DNA of 64,000 nucleotides from an uncultured Coriobacteriaceae bacterium (GTDB taxonomy: Bacteria; Actinomycetota; Coriobacteriia; Coriobacteriales; Coriobacteriaceae). Of this stretch, positions 1 to 10,509 are shown in pieces. The stretch spans positions 327 to 64,326 of the forward strand of contig CALUFC010000011.1 in NCBI GenBank assembly GCA_944319885.1, in the 5' to 3' direction. The first letter of the stretch is position 1. Every line of letters starts with the position of its first letter. The position numbers and the translations under genes were made by a program. Below the pieces are notes generated by a model. It ran no database searches. It was not told the origin of the DNA and worked only from the letters and a program-made list of their open reading frames with translations.

Positions 1-524
1 CCTGCGCCATGTTGAAGTCCGTGGATGCCGAGTACTGCATCATCGGTCACTCCGAGCGTCGCGACTACTTCCATGAGACCGACGAGGAGATCAACAAGAA
101 GGCGAAGGCCCTTATGGCAGCCGGCATCGTGCCGATCAGCTGCTGCGGCGAGTCTCTCGAGGTTCGTGAAGCTGGCAAGCACGTCGAGTTCGTGGTCGAT
201 CAGATCAAGAAGGATACCGAGGGCCTCGAGATCACCGATCCTGCCAAGTACGTCGTTGCCTACGAGCCCATCTGGGCCATCGGCACCGGCAAGACCGCTA
301 CGGCCGACGACGCCCAGGAGGTCTGCGGCGCCATTCGTGCAACCCTGACCGAGATCTTCGGCGAGGAGACCGCGCAGGGCATCCGCGTGCTGTACGGCGG
401 TTCCGCCAAGCCCGAGAACATCGCCGGCTTCCTGGAGAAGGAAGACGTTGACGGCGCGCTCGTGGGCGGCGCTTCGCTCGTCGCCGAGAGCTTCGCCGCC
501 ATGGTTGAGAAGGCGGCCGAGTAA
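1..524 (+). CDS. tpiA: Triosephosphate isomerase, C-terminal ~170 aa (5' end lies outside the window)
   Basis: The translation has TIM hallmarks ([23 protein letters not shown]). The frame is open back to position 1, and the stop overlaps the next gene start (TAATG). Confidence 0.92.
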   Translation, partial: CAMLKSVDAEYCIIGHSERRDYFHETDEEINKKAKALMAAGIVPISCCGESLEVREAGKHVEFVVDQIKKDTEGLEITDPAKYVVAYEPIWAIGTGKTATADDAQEVCGAIRATLTEIFGEETAQGIRVLYGGSAKPENIAGFLEKEDVDGALVGGASLVAESFAAMVEKAAE

Positions 525-2089
525 TGGCTGAGAACAAGCGTCACCTTCCGGCGCTGCTCGTGATCATGGACGGCTTCGGTCTGGCGCCCGCCGGTGACAA
601 CAATGCCGTCTACAAGGCGAAGAAGCCGTTTCTCGACAAGCTGTGGAACGAGTATCCGCACACCACGCTCGGTGCTTCGGGCGAGGACGTGGGTCTTCCT
701 GACGGTCAGATGGGCAACTCCGAGGTGGGCCACCTGAACATCGGCGCCGGCCGCATCGTGTTCCAGGAGCTCTCCCGCATCAACAACGCCATCAAGGACG
801 GCTCGATCCAGGAGAATGACACGCTCGCCAAGGCGATGGACGACGTTGCCAAGCACGGCAAGACCCTGCACCTGCTCGGTCTTGTCTCCCCGGGCGGCGT
901 TCACTCCATGCAGCGCCATGGTGAGAACCTGGCGGCCCTCGCCGCTATGCACGGTGTCGAGAAGGTCCGTTTCCATTGCTTTATGGACGGTCGCGATGTC
1001 GATCCGCATTCCGGTGCCGGGTACATGCAGACCCTGAAGGAGAACTTGGAGGCGCTCTCCAAGTACACGGGCGTCGATGCACGTATCGCTACCGTGTCGG
1101 GTCGCTATTGGGCTATGGACCGCGATAACCGCTGGGAGCGCGTCGAGCAGGCCTATGACGTTATCACGCAGCCGTGCGAGACCGAGACCGATCCGGTTGA
1201 GGGCGTGCGCGCCTACTACGAGCACGACGAGCGCGGCGATGAGTTCGTCGTGCCGTTCGCCTGCCACAACGAGGGCGTGCACGATGGCGACGCGATGGTC
1301 TTCTTCAACTTCCGCCCCGATCGCGCCCGCGAGATGACGCGTGCGTTTACCGAGGAGAAGTTCGATGGCTTCGACCGCAAGGTTGCGCCCAAGCTCTCTC
1401 ACTTCGTTACCATGACGGAATACGACGAGACGTTCAAGAACGTCGAGGTGGCGTTCCCCAAGACGTTCCCCGAGAACGTGCTGGCCGACGTCATCGCGCA
1501 GAACGGGTTGAAGCAGCTCCATACCGCCGAGACCGAGAAGTACGCGCATGTGACGTTTTTCTTGAACGGCGGCATCGAGGAGCCCAAGGAGGGCGAGGAG
1601 CGCGTGCTCGTGTCCTCTCCGAAGGTTGCCACGTATGACCTGCAACCCGAGATGAGCGAGCCCGAGGTCACCGAGAAGCTTGTTGAGGCCATCAACGAAG
1701 ATCGCGCCGATTTCTACATCGTGAACTACGCGAACTGCGACATGGTGGGCCACACCGGCGTCTTCGATGCGGCGGTCAAGGCTGTCGAGGCCGTTGACGA
1801 TGGCCTCTCGAAGGTCATCCCCGCGATTCTCGCCAAGGGCGGCTTCGCGCTCATCACCGCCGACCATGGCAATGCCGACCATATGTATGACGAGGACGAG
1901 TCGGGCGAGAAGCATCCTTTCACCGCCCACACCACCAATCGTGTGCCGTTCATCGTCGTCGATGACAAGGCTAAGCTCACCGGTATCGAGGATGGTCGCC
2001 TGTCGGACATCGCGCCGACGATGCTTACGCTCGCCGGTCTCGAGCCGAGCCCCGAGATGACTGGTCGCGTGCTGGCCGTCGAGGAGTAG
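524..2089 (+). CDS. gpmI: 2,3-bisphosphoglycerate-independent phosphoglycerate mutase
   Basis: This 521-aa ORF carries iPGM motifs (LVIMDGFG, GNSEVGH, ADHGNAD). Position directly after tpiA fits a glycolytic cluster. Confidence 0.93.
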   Translation: MAENKRHLPALLVIMDGFGLAPAGDNNAVYKAKKPFLDKLWNEYPHTTLGASGEDVGLPDGQMGNSEVGHLNIGAGRIVFQELSRINNAIKDGSIQENDTLAKAMDDVAKHGKTLHLLGLVSPGGVHSMQRHGENLAALAAMHGVEKVRFHCFMDGRDVDPHSGAGYMQTLKENLEALSKYTGVDARIATVSGRYWAMDRDNRWERVEQAYDVITQPCETETDPVEGVRAYYEHDERGDEFVVPFACHNEGVHDGDAMVFFNFRPDRAREMTRAFTEEKFDGFDRKVAPKLSHFVTMTEYDETFKNVEVAFPKTFPENVLADVIAQNGLKQLHTAETEKYAHVTFFLNGGIEEPKEGEERVLVSSPKVATYDLQPEMSEPEVTEKLVEAINEDRADFYIVNYANCDMVGHTGVFDAAVKAVEAVDDGLSKVIPAILAKGGFALITADHGNADHMYDEDESGEKHPFTAHTTNRVPFIVVDDKAKLTGIEDGRLSDIAPTMLTLAGLEPSPEMTGRVLAVEE

Positions 2090-2123
2090 CAAGACCGGGA
2101 CACGTTAAAACTCGTCACCACGA

Positions 2124-2153
2124 GGCCCCCGACCGTCAGGTCGGGGGCCTTTG
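2124..2153 (+). terminator. Stem-loop terminator after gpmI
   Basis: Perfect hairpin ggcccccga-ccgtcagg-tcgggggcc followed by tttg. Confidence 0.6.
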
Positions 2154-2283
2154 CTCATTGGGGGGATATGTCAGGGCTTTGACAAGATGTTGTCTGCGCC
2201 TCTCATATCGGGCGTACCATGGGACGTGCGGGGGATTTGCTGCTTCCCGCTACGACGCATGCAGGTAGATCGGAGTGCGCGCC

Positions 2284-3507
2284 ATGCCAGATTATTGTGC
2301 CTTCTTGATGATGCTCATCTACCCTGCGATCTTTGCTGGTGCGTGTACCGCATGTCTGCTGAAGTATCGCGCTGAGCGGATTCAATCTGAGGAAGTGGGC
2401 ATGGGGAATCCCATGCGTCTTCTAGATGGGCTGCATCCAGCAACCGTGTGCGTGCTTGCCGGCCATCCTGATGTTGTCGATGATGGATGCAGATACGTGG
2501 TCCAGGTGTTTGATGGCGCGTTGGCAACCTTGCTTTCACTGGTTGAGCGCGGAATCGTACGGTGCTACCGGGGCGTTGAGCAAGAGCATGAGTCCCATGG
2601 GGAATTTGCTCGCGCAAACAACCGCTGGCAGCTGCTGAATCGAGATGTCGTGCATCACGGGCGCAAAGATTTCCTCTTGCGGTACAGAGGCATACGTGAG
2701 GACATGTGCGAACTCGATCGATTGGCTATCAACGTGTTCTTTCCCGATGGTTGCTCTGAAGTTGCATTCGACACCATACTTGCCCGCATCAAGCGGCGGC
2801 GCGACATGTCGCAGGAGCTTCGTGTCTTTCGCGGGCAGCTGGAAGAGGAGCTCAGGAGGGATGGCTTTACCAAGGCGCCGTTCAGTTGGGCAACAGCGCT
2901 GGGCGGTGTTCCATTCCGCATCCTTGTGGTCTGGTTGATTGCTTCGGTCATGATATGGGGTGTAAGCTACGGTGTCGACTCGCCCTGGACGATCGGCATA
3001 GCAGCGATGGTTGTGCTCACGCCCATTCCAGGGGTCTTGCTGCCGCTGAGGCCCATGCTCACGAAGCGCGGTTTTGAGATCGGGAGGACAGCGCTTGTTC
3101 TACGCGATACCATGCTCGCCGGCGCGCGCATCGAGCGACTCGAGCGCATGGGCGCGAGCGATGCCGAGGCGATCGCGCTTCACTATGCCGAGGGGTATGG
3201 AGAGAAGCCGCGCAAGAGTGCATATTTCATATGGCGTGCTAAGACGCAGGCATGGACATGGGCGTTACTCCTATCCGTGTGTGCCGGCGATCTTCGGTCT
3301 GGAGATGGTCCGCAGGGGTTCACACAGGCCTGTCGCAAGATCGGGGATGTTGCAGCGGCCGTTCCTGCCCGCATCGCGCAGGAGCAAGGGCTCGAGCGTG
3401 TTTTACCTTGGTATCGATGGGATGATGAAGAGGGCGGGGGAGTGCCGCCCGCTGCGGTGACGCTCCACGATGCGATGGTCAGCGCATGCGGCGACACCCG
3501 CTCGTAG
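2284..3507 (+). CDS. Membrane protein of unknown function (DUF2207-C-terminal-like features)
   Basis: ORF 2275..3507. The ATG at 2284 lies 8 nt after GGAG. There is an N-terminal TM helix and a cluster of TM helices mid-protein (ILVVWLIASVMIWGV, IGIAAMVVLTPIPGVLL). The family assignment is from recollection only. Confidence 0.5.
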   Translation: MPDYCAFLMMLIYPAIFAGACTACLLKYRAERIQSEEVGMGNPMRLLDGLHPATVCVLAGHPDVVDDGCRYVVQVFDGALATLLSLVERGIVRCYRGVEQEHESHGEFARANNRWQLLNRDVVHHGRKDFLLRYRGIREDMCELDRLAINVFFPDGCSEVAFDTILARIKRRRDMSQELRVFRGQLEEELRRDGFTKAPFSWATALGGVPFRILVVWLIASVMIWGVSYGVDSPWTIGIAAMVVLTPIPGVLLPLRPMLTKRGFEIGRTALVLRDTMLAGARIERLERMGASDAEAIALHYAEGYGEKPRKSAYFIWRAKTQAWTWALLLSVCAGDLRSGDGPQGFTQACRKIGDVAAAVPARIAQEQGLERVLPWYRWDDEEGGGVPPAAVTLHDAMVSACGDTRS

Positions 3508-3518
3508 GGGTTGGTTGG

Positions 3519-3584
3519 GGTTGGTTGGGGACGTGTTCCGTCCAACCCAGCCATGGGTCAGATGGAACACGTCCCCAACCAACC
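3519..3584 (+). terminator. Large perfect inverted repeat (21-bp arms, 24-nt loop with a nested small hairpin)
   Basis: ggttggttggggacgtgttcc (3519-3539) pairs with ggaacacgtccccaaccaacc (3564-3584). It sits 12 nt after the stop of the upstream ORF and has no T tract. Confidence 0.5.
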
Positions 3585-3663
3585 CCATCCAACATGGGCA
3601 ACTTGGTGGTGCGTTGTGGTATCATCTCGACCGTTCAACCTTATGTTCTAAAAGGAGAAAGCA

Positions 3664-3918
3664 ATGGGTCCCTTCCAGATTCTGCTTTTCGTTGTGTGGC
3701 TGGCTTCCACGCTTGCGCTCGTTGCCCTCGTGCTCATGCATTCGGGTAAGGGCACCGGCGTTTCCGACATGATCGCCAGCTCGCTGTACAACTCGAGCGC
3801 GGCAACGGGCGTGATGGAGAAGAACCTCGACCGCCTTACGGTGATCGTTGCCTGCGTGTTTGCCGCGTGCGTTGTACTTGCGATGTTCTTCTTCCCGCAG
3901 GGCATCGTTGGCATCTAA
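3664..3918 (+). CDS. secG: Preprotein translocase subunit SecG
   Basis: 84 aa with two TM helices flanking a Gly/Ser-rich loop (HSGKGTGVSDM), which is the typical SecG layout. RBS aaaggag lies upstream. Confidence 0.85.
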   Translation: MGPFQILLFVVWLASTLALVALVLMHSGKGTGVSDMIASSLYNSSAATGVMEKNLDRLTVIVACVFAACVVLAMFFFPQGIVGI

Positions 3919-3945
3919 GCGCCGCTCCCTCAGCGGGATCCGTAG

Positions 3946-3973
3946 CAGGGGCCGTTACTACGGCCCCTGTTTT
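3946..3973 (+). terminator. Rho-independent terminator after secG
   Basis: caggggccg-ttacta-cggcccctg followed by tttt. Confidence 0.65.
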
Positions 3974-4342
3974 GCGTGGCGATGCAGTGCGCTCTATGTA
4001 AGGAGCGCACGCATGATTGTTGCGGACGTGTAAACAATCCGTACTATTTTTGTTTTGAAATACCGCGCAACGTAGGGCAAACGGCTGCTTGGGCGCGGCG
4101 TGGAACGGGCGCGTACGCAGCGGTTATGCATAATTCGAACACATTTGATCGTGCGCTCCGGTGGCAAGGCAGCAAGTATTGGCATAGTTCATGCAAAATC
4201 AAGCGCTTTAGCGCAGTCAACTTGGGTTAAGGTAGTTCCCGACGCTGCGAGTGCCGGGACCATTCAGCCTAGGCTCCAGGCCTCGTATCGTCACATGGGC
4301 GGGCCGTACGGCCCGCGCAGGATCTGTACTAAGGAGGATGGA

Positions 4343-6034
4343 ATGGCTGAATTCCTGAACAAGCCGGTTTCTCGCCGCAACTTCGTCGGCGGAGCCTTGG
4401 CTACGGGTGTTCTTGCTGCGCTTGCTGGCTGCGGCCAGAAGGGTGGCACTGCGACCGCGGGCAGCGGTAGCGCCGCTGCTGGTGGCGCCGCTTCCGGTGG
4501 CACCCTTCGCTACTACATCAACAACCCCGTCTGCATCGACCCGTTCAATCTGCAGGAGGACCAGGGCACCCAGGTCGGCTTCCAGCTCTTTGACTCGCTG
4601 ACGCAGTACGACTTCGAGGCCGGCGAGCTCAAGTGCCTCGCTTGCGAGAGCTACGACGTCAACGAGGACGCCACCGAGTTCACCTTCCACCTCAAGGCCG
4701 CCAAGTTCCACGACGGCACCGACGTCAAGGCTGCCAACTGGAAGTACGGCTGGGAGCGTATCGTCAACCCCAACACCAACACCGATAGCCCCTCGGTGAT
4801 CGGTTATCACCTCGCCATGGTCGAGGGCTACGACGCGCTCGCCGCCGGCGAGGCCGAGGAGATGACGGGCATCACCTGCCCCGACGACTCCACCCTCGTC
4901 GTCAAGCTCTCCTACAGCTACGCCGACTTCCCTTATGTCGCCTCTCACCCGGCGCTTGCTCCTATCCCGGACTGCGCCAAGGAGATGAGCCAGGTCGACT
5001 TCGGTCTCGCTCCCGTGGGCAACGGCCCCTTCAAGATGGACGGCGAGTGGGTCGACGGCCAGTACATCAACATCGTTCGCTTTGATGATTACTACGGCGA
5101 GAAGGCCATTCTCGACGGCGTGAACTTCATGATCCAGAAGGACGTGGAGACCGCCTACAAGGAGTTCCAGGCTGGCAACCTCGACGTTTCCGACGTTCCC
5201 GTGGCCTCCCTCGCCTCCGCTGCCGAGCAGTATGGCACCTCTGAGGACGGCTACACCATCACCCCGGGCCACCAGTTCCTCAACGGCACCGAGCCCTCCA
5301 CGTATTACCTGACCTGCAACGTTGTTGACGGTCCGTTTACCGACGTGAACCTGCGTCACGCCGTGTCGCTCGCCATCAACCGTCAGGCCATCTGCGACAC
5401 CCTCTTCAATGGCTCCCGTACCCCGGCCGACAACATCGTCCCGCCCGGAATCGACGGCTACGAGGAGGGCGCGTGGGAGTACTCCCGCTACGACGTCGAT
5501 GCCGCCAAGGAGATCCTCGATCAGTACTATCCGGCCGACGCTGACGGCAACCGCAACCTCGAGCTGACCATCACCTCCAACCAGGATGGCGGCCACAAGG
5601 AGGTCATGGACTCCATCATCTCCGATCTCGCTGCGGTGGGCATCACCTGCGTTGCCGACACCCCCGACTGGGCCACGGTCCTCGACCGCTATCAGAAGCT
5701 CGACTACCAGTTCGGTCGTCTGGGCTGGGTCGCCGACTACCCGATTCTGGACAACTTCCTCTATCCGCTGTTCTACACCGGCAACGGTGACAACCGCGCC
5801 GGCTACAGCAACCCGGATGTCGACGAGAAGCTCATGGCTGCTCGCTCCACTGTTGACGACGCCGAGCGCAAGGCCGCGCTCCAGGCCGTCAACAAGGAGA
5901 TCGCCGAGGACATGCCGGTCATCCCGCTCATGTTCTACACGCACACCTGCGTGGGCGGCTCCAACGTGGCCACCATGTATCTCGACCCGCAGAAGAAGGC
6001 CGATCTCTCCAAGGCGCAGCTCGTCGAGGCTTAA
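4343..6034 (+). CDS. Peptide/nickel ABC transporter substrate-binding lipoprotein (family 5, OppA/DppA-like)
   Basis: This is the inner start of ORF 4100..6034, an ATG at 4343 preceded by aaggagga. The signal has an SRRNFV twin-arginine-like motif and a lipobox LAGC. Family-5 SBP sequence runs throughout. Confidence 0.85.
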   Translation: MAEFLNKPVSRRNFVGGALATGVLAALAGCGQKGGTATAGSGSAAAGGAASGGTLRYYINNPVCIDPFNLQEDQGTQVGFQLFDSLTQYDFEAGELKCLACESYDVNEDATEFTFHLKAAKFHDGTDVKAANWKYGWERIVNPNTNTDSPSVIGYHLAMVEGYDALAAGEAEEMTGITCPDDSTLVVKLSYSYADFPYVASHPALAPIPDCAKEMSQVDFGLAPVGNGPFKMDGEWVDGQYINIVRFDDYYGEKAILDGVNFMIQKDVETAYKEFQAGNLDVSDVPVASLASAAEQYGTSEDGYTITPGHQFLNGTEPSTYYLTCNVVDGPFTDVNLRHAVSLAINRQAICDTLFNGSRTPADNIVPPGIDGYEEGAWEYSRYDVDAAKEILDQYYPADADGNRNLELTITSNQDGGHKEVMDSIISDLAAVGITCVADTPDWATVLDRYQKLDYQFGRLGWVADYPILDNFLYPLFYTGNGDNRAGYSNPDVDEKLMAARSTVDDAERKAALQAVNKEIAEDMPVIPLMFYTHTCVGGSNVATMYLDPQKKADLSKAQLVEA

Positions 6035-6085
6035 GATTTTCGGTGAAATCTGCAGAGTAGTGCTAAACTAGCGGCTATGTCTGTG

Positions 6086-6120
6086 TAGGGCGCCTGTCCT
6101 TCCTGGGCAGGCGCCCTCTT
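6086..6120 (+). terminator. Intra-operon hairpin between binding-protein and permease genes (possible attenuator)
   Basis: 10-bp stem agggcgcctg / caggcgccct with an 11-nt loop, followed by cttt. Confidence 0.45.
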
Positions 6121-6148
6121 TATGTCTAGCCAAATAGGGGAGAGAATT

Positions 6149-7183
6149 ATGGGGAAATATATATTGAAGCGCGTGCTTCAATTCATCCCTGTCTTCATCG
6201 GCGTGACGATTATTCTGTTCGCCATGAAGGCAATTGTTCCCGGAGATCCTATTTCGATGATCACCGGTGGACGCTCCGTGCCCGAGCAGACGCGCCTTCA
6301 GCTCGAGGTCGAGAACAACATGATTTACGGCAACGAGAAGGGGCAACCCATCTACGACGAGAACGGTGAGACCATCCCCGTTCCCCTGTGGGAGCAGTAC
6401 TTCCGCTACATGAATGACCTGTTCCATGGTGATCTGGGTACGTCGTACTCCAAGAAGCGTCCGGTAACCGACATCTTTGCGGAGAAGTATCCCTACACCA
6501 TCCAGCTCGCCGCCTGCGCCATCTGTCTCGAGGCGATCATGGGTATCGGCGCGGGTCTCATTTCGGCCGTTAAGCGCTATTCCTTCTGGGACATCATGGT
6601 GACGCTCGTCACCTCCGTCCTCGTGGCGGTGCCGGCGTTTTGGCTCGGCATGATCTTACAGTTGATATTCGGTATCTGGCTGAAGGATCTCACCGGCGGG
6701 GCGTTCTCGATGCCCATCTCCGGTGCCGGCGGCCCCAACTCCCCCTATCAAGATTGGATGCACTACATCCTTCCGGCGTTCACGCTCGCAGCGGTCTCGA
6801 CCGCCTATACCGCGCGTATTATGCGCTCGCAGCTGCTGGACGTTCTCAATCAGGATTACATCCGCACGGCCAAGGCCAAGGGCTTGTCCCGTCGCTCCAT
6901 CATTGTGCACCATGCGCTCAAAAACGCGCTCATCCCGGTCGTCACCTACATCGGTATCGACTTCGGTGCCATGATGGCCGGCGCGATCCTCACCGAGACG
7001 GTCTTCAACTGGCCCGGCGTCGGCTCCGAGATCTACAAGGCGATCTCGGCGCGCGACTGGCCGCTCGTCATGGGCGGCGTCACGATCATCGTCGTCGTGG
7101 TCATGGTCGTGAACCTTATCGTCGATATCAGCTACGCCTTCCTTGATCCGCGCATCAGGCTTGGCAGCAAGAGCGAGAAATAA
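6149..7183 (+). CDS. Peptide ABC transporter permease (OppB/DppB type)
   Basis: BPD_transp_1-type permease with motifs YIRTAKAKGLS and HALKNALIPVVT. The ATG at 6149 follows ggggagag. Confidence 0.88.
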   Translation: MGKYILKRVLQFIPVFIGVTIILFAMKAIVPGDPISMITGGRSVPEQTRLQLEVENNMIYGNEKGQPIYDENGETIPVPLWEQYFRYMNDLFHGDLGTSYSKKRPVTDIFAEKYPYTIQLAACAICLEAIMGIGAGLISAVKRYSFWDIMVTLVTSVLVAVPAFWLGMILQLIFGIWLKDLTGGAFSMPISGAGGPNSPYQDWMHYILPAFTLAAVSTAYTARIMRSQLLDVLNQDYIRTAKAKGLSRRSIIVHHALKNALIPVVTYIGIDFGAMMAGAILTETVFNWPGVGSEIYKAISARDWPLVMGGVTIIVVVVMVVNLIVDISYAFLDPRIRLGSKSEK

Positions 7184-7194
7184 GGAGGCGCACT

Positions 7195-8157
7195 TTGAAG
7201 TACCCGGTTTCCAGCCAGGGCGCCGCTGCGGCAGCCGCCGCCGTGAACGCCGAGGCAACCAACTCAAGCAGCTCCGTCTCCGGCGCTGCGTCGCGCACCC
7301 TGTGGGGCGATGCCTGGAAGCGTCTGCGCCAGAACAAGCTGGCCATCATTGCCGCTATCTGGATTGTATTCGTTGCGATCGTTGCCCTTACGGCCGATCT
7401 GTGGGCCCAGCAGTGGCTCGGTTCTCCGACTGCCGCCGACACCACAGCCATGGCAACGTCCTCTCTGCTGCCGCCGTCGCTTGAGCATCCGTTCGGTACG
7501 GACGTCACGGGTCGCGACATCCTCGTGCGAGTCATCTACGGCGCCCGCATCTCGCTGACCATCGGCCTGCTCGCTACCGCGATCTCGACCGTCATCGGTC
7601 TTGTCATGGGCGCGCTTGCAGCCTACTATGGCGGCATCTTCGACACCATCATCATGCGTGCCGCCGACATCTTCCTCGCCTTCCCGTATGTGTTGTTCGT
7701 GCTCTGCCTCATCGCGGCGCTCGGCCAGTCCATCACGAATGTGTTCATCGCCATCGGCATCTTGGGGTGGCCTTCAATTGCACGCGTGTTTCGTTCTGCG
7801 ATCCTCTCCGTCAAGGAGAGCGACTACGTAGATGCCGCGCGCGCCATGGGCGCCTCCGATGCCCGTATCATCGCGCGTCACATCTTCCCCAATTCCGTTG
7901 CCTCCATCGTGGTGTACGCCACGATGAACATCGGCTCCGCCATTCTGACTGAGGCTTCCATCTCGTTCCTCGGCATGGGCGTCCAGCCGCCCAACCCCTC
8001 GTGGGGCATCATGATCCAGGACGGCCAAGCCTACCTCATGACGGCGCCTTGGCTCATGATCATGCCCGGTCTGGCAATTCTTTCGACCGTGCTCGCGTTC
8101 ACGCTGCTGGGTGACGGTCTGCGCGACGCGCTCGATGTCAAGATGAAGGATGCATAA
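7195..8157 (+). CDS. Peptide ABC transporter permease (OppC/DppC type)
   Basis: TTG start after taaggagg. OppC-like motifs are present (HPFGTDVTGRDIL, YVDAARAMGAS). Confidence 0.87.
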   Translation: MKYPVSSQGAAAAAAAVNAEATNSSSSVSGAASRTLWGDAWKRLRQNKLAIIAAIWIVFVAIVALTADLWAQQWLGSPTAADTTAMATSSLLPPSLEHPFGTDVTGRDILVRVIYGARISLTIGLLATAISTVIGLVMGALAAYYGGIFDTIIMRAADIFLAFPYVLFVLCLIAALGQSITNVFIAIGILGWPSIARVFRSAILSVKESDYVDAARAMGASDARIIARHIFPNSVASIVVYATMNIGSAILTEASISFLGMGVQPPNPSWGIMIQDGQAYLMTAPWLMIMPGLAILSTVLAFTLLGDGLRDALDVKMKDA

Positions 8158-9284
8158 TGGCGAAGAAGCATACGAATCATACCGATCTCAAGGAGAAGCC
8201 CATCCCAGAGGGACGCCATCTGCTCGAAGTCGATAACCTCAAGATGTTCTTCCACACTGAAGACGGTATCGTCCACGCGGTGAACGGTGTGTCCTACACG
8301 CTTGATCGCGGCGAGACCCTCGGCGTGGTGGGCGAGTCCGGTTCCGGCAAGTCCGTGACCGCGATGACCATCATGGGTCTCATTGATATGCCTCCGGGCA
8401 AGATCGAAGGCGGTCATGTGTACTACCGCGGTGAGTCGCTGCTCGACATGACCGAGGAGCAGATGCAGCACATTCGCGGTAACGACATCGCGATGATCTT
8501 CCAGGACCCCATGACGAGCTTGAATCCGGTCTACAAGATTGGTCACCAGGTGGGCGAGGGTCTGCGTCTGCACCGCGGCTACTCCAAGAAGGAGGCGCTG
8601 CAGCGCGCTACCGAGCTGCTCGATCTTGTGGGTATCCCCGAGCCCGAGAAGCGCGTGAACGAGTATCCGCATCAGTTCTCCGGCGGCATGCGTCAGCGCG
8701 CCATGATCGCCATGGCGCTTTCCTGCGACCCTGACATTCTTATCGCCGACGAACCCACCACTGCGCTCGATGTGACCATTCAGGCGCAGATCATCGAGCT
8801 CATGCAGGAGATGCAGGAGAAGAACGGCAACGCGATCATCATGATCACCCATGATCTGGGTGTTGTGGCAGATATGGCCGATAAGATCATGGTCATGTAT
8901 GCTGGTCGCCCAGTCGAGTTCGGCACCGCCGACGAGATCTTCTACGAGAGCCGCCATCCCTACACCTGGGGCCTCATCCGCTCCATTCCGGAGCAGGCGA
9001 TCGATGAGAAGAAGCCGCTTACGCCGATCCACGGCAATCCACCCTCGCTCGTGAACCTGCCGAAGGGTTGCCCGTTCGCTCCGCGCTGCCCGTATGCCGT
9101 CGATATCTGCCACGAGCAGGAGCCGGTGCATATCACCACTGAGACGGGGCATTACTCGGCATGCCATTTCGCCGACGATCCGGAGTTCTTGAAGTTCGCT
9201 CCCGACACGTCGCGTTCTCGCGGCAAGATTGCCACGGGTACGCCTGAAACGATCCAAACCAAGCCCACGGGAGGTGAGGCATAA
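8157..9284 (+). CDS. Peptide ABC transporter ATP-binding protein (OppD/DppD type)
   Basis: Walker A GESGSGKS, signature FSGGMRQR, Walker B ILIADEPT and an oligopeptide C-terminal Cys motif. TAATG overlap with the upstream gene. Confidence 0.9.
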   Translation: MAKKHTNHTDLKEKPIPEGRHLLEVDNLKMFFHTEDGIVHAVNGVSYTLDRGETLGVVGESGSGKSVTAMTIMGLIDMPPGKIEGGHVYYRGESLLDMTEEQMQHIRGNDIAMIFQDPMTSLNPVYKIGHQVGEGLRLHRGYSKKEALQRATELLDLVGIPEPEKRVNEYPHQFSGGMRQRAMIAMALSCDPDILIADEPTTALDVTIQAQIIELMQEMQEKNGNAIIMITHDLGVVADMADKIMVMYAGRPVEFGTADEIFYESRHPYTWGLIRSIPEQAIDEKKPLTPIHGNPPSLVNLPKGCPFAPRCPYAVDICHEQEPVHITTETGHYSACHFADDPEFLKFAPDTSRSRGKIATGTPETIQTKPTGGEA

Positions 9285-9285
9285 C

Positions 9286-10314
<1,029 letters not shown>

Positions 10315-10333
10315 GCAGTGCTGAGCTCTGTGA

Positions 10334-10431
10334 GCGGCCTGGATATTCCTTTGGGTGTGGTCCTCGGGTCCTCACGGCGATGCCGTGAGGACCCCGCGGG
10401 AAACGTCCGTCGGAATATCCAGGCCGCTTTT
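10334..10431 (+). terminator. Compound stem-loop after the opp-like operon
   Basis: 16-bp outer stem gcggcctggatattcc / ggaatatccaggccgc encloses an inner hairpin gtcctcacgg..ccgtgaggac, then tttt. Confidence 0.55.
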
Positions 10432-10509
10432 GCGTTCTCGGCGATGATGCAGGTCCATGCGGATTCGGTCTATGCCGTTGGCGTGCGGTTAGGGTACCCT
10501 TGAGAACAG

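Noticed and set aside
260-2092. 610-aa minus-strand ORF covering the whole gpmI locus
   Set aside because: It is antisense to a clearly recognisable iPGM gene. The product is Arg/Gly/Leu/Val-rich and low in complexity with no motifs. This is a typical shadow ORF of GC-rich DNA.
4000-4342. Possible riboswitch or leader in the 340-nt region upstream of the OppA-like gene
   Set aside because: It contains some hairpins (for example gggcgggccgtacggcccgcgc), but I could not recognise any known riboswitch core or T-box features by eye. It would need an Infernal/Rfam scan.
4217-5944. 575-aa minus-strand ORF opposite the OppA-like gene
   Set aside because: The plus-strand product has clear family-5 SBP features, and the antisense product is repetitive (G, V, D, A, L) with no family resemblance.
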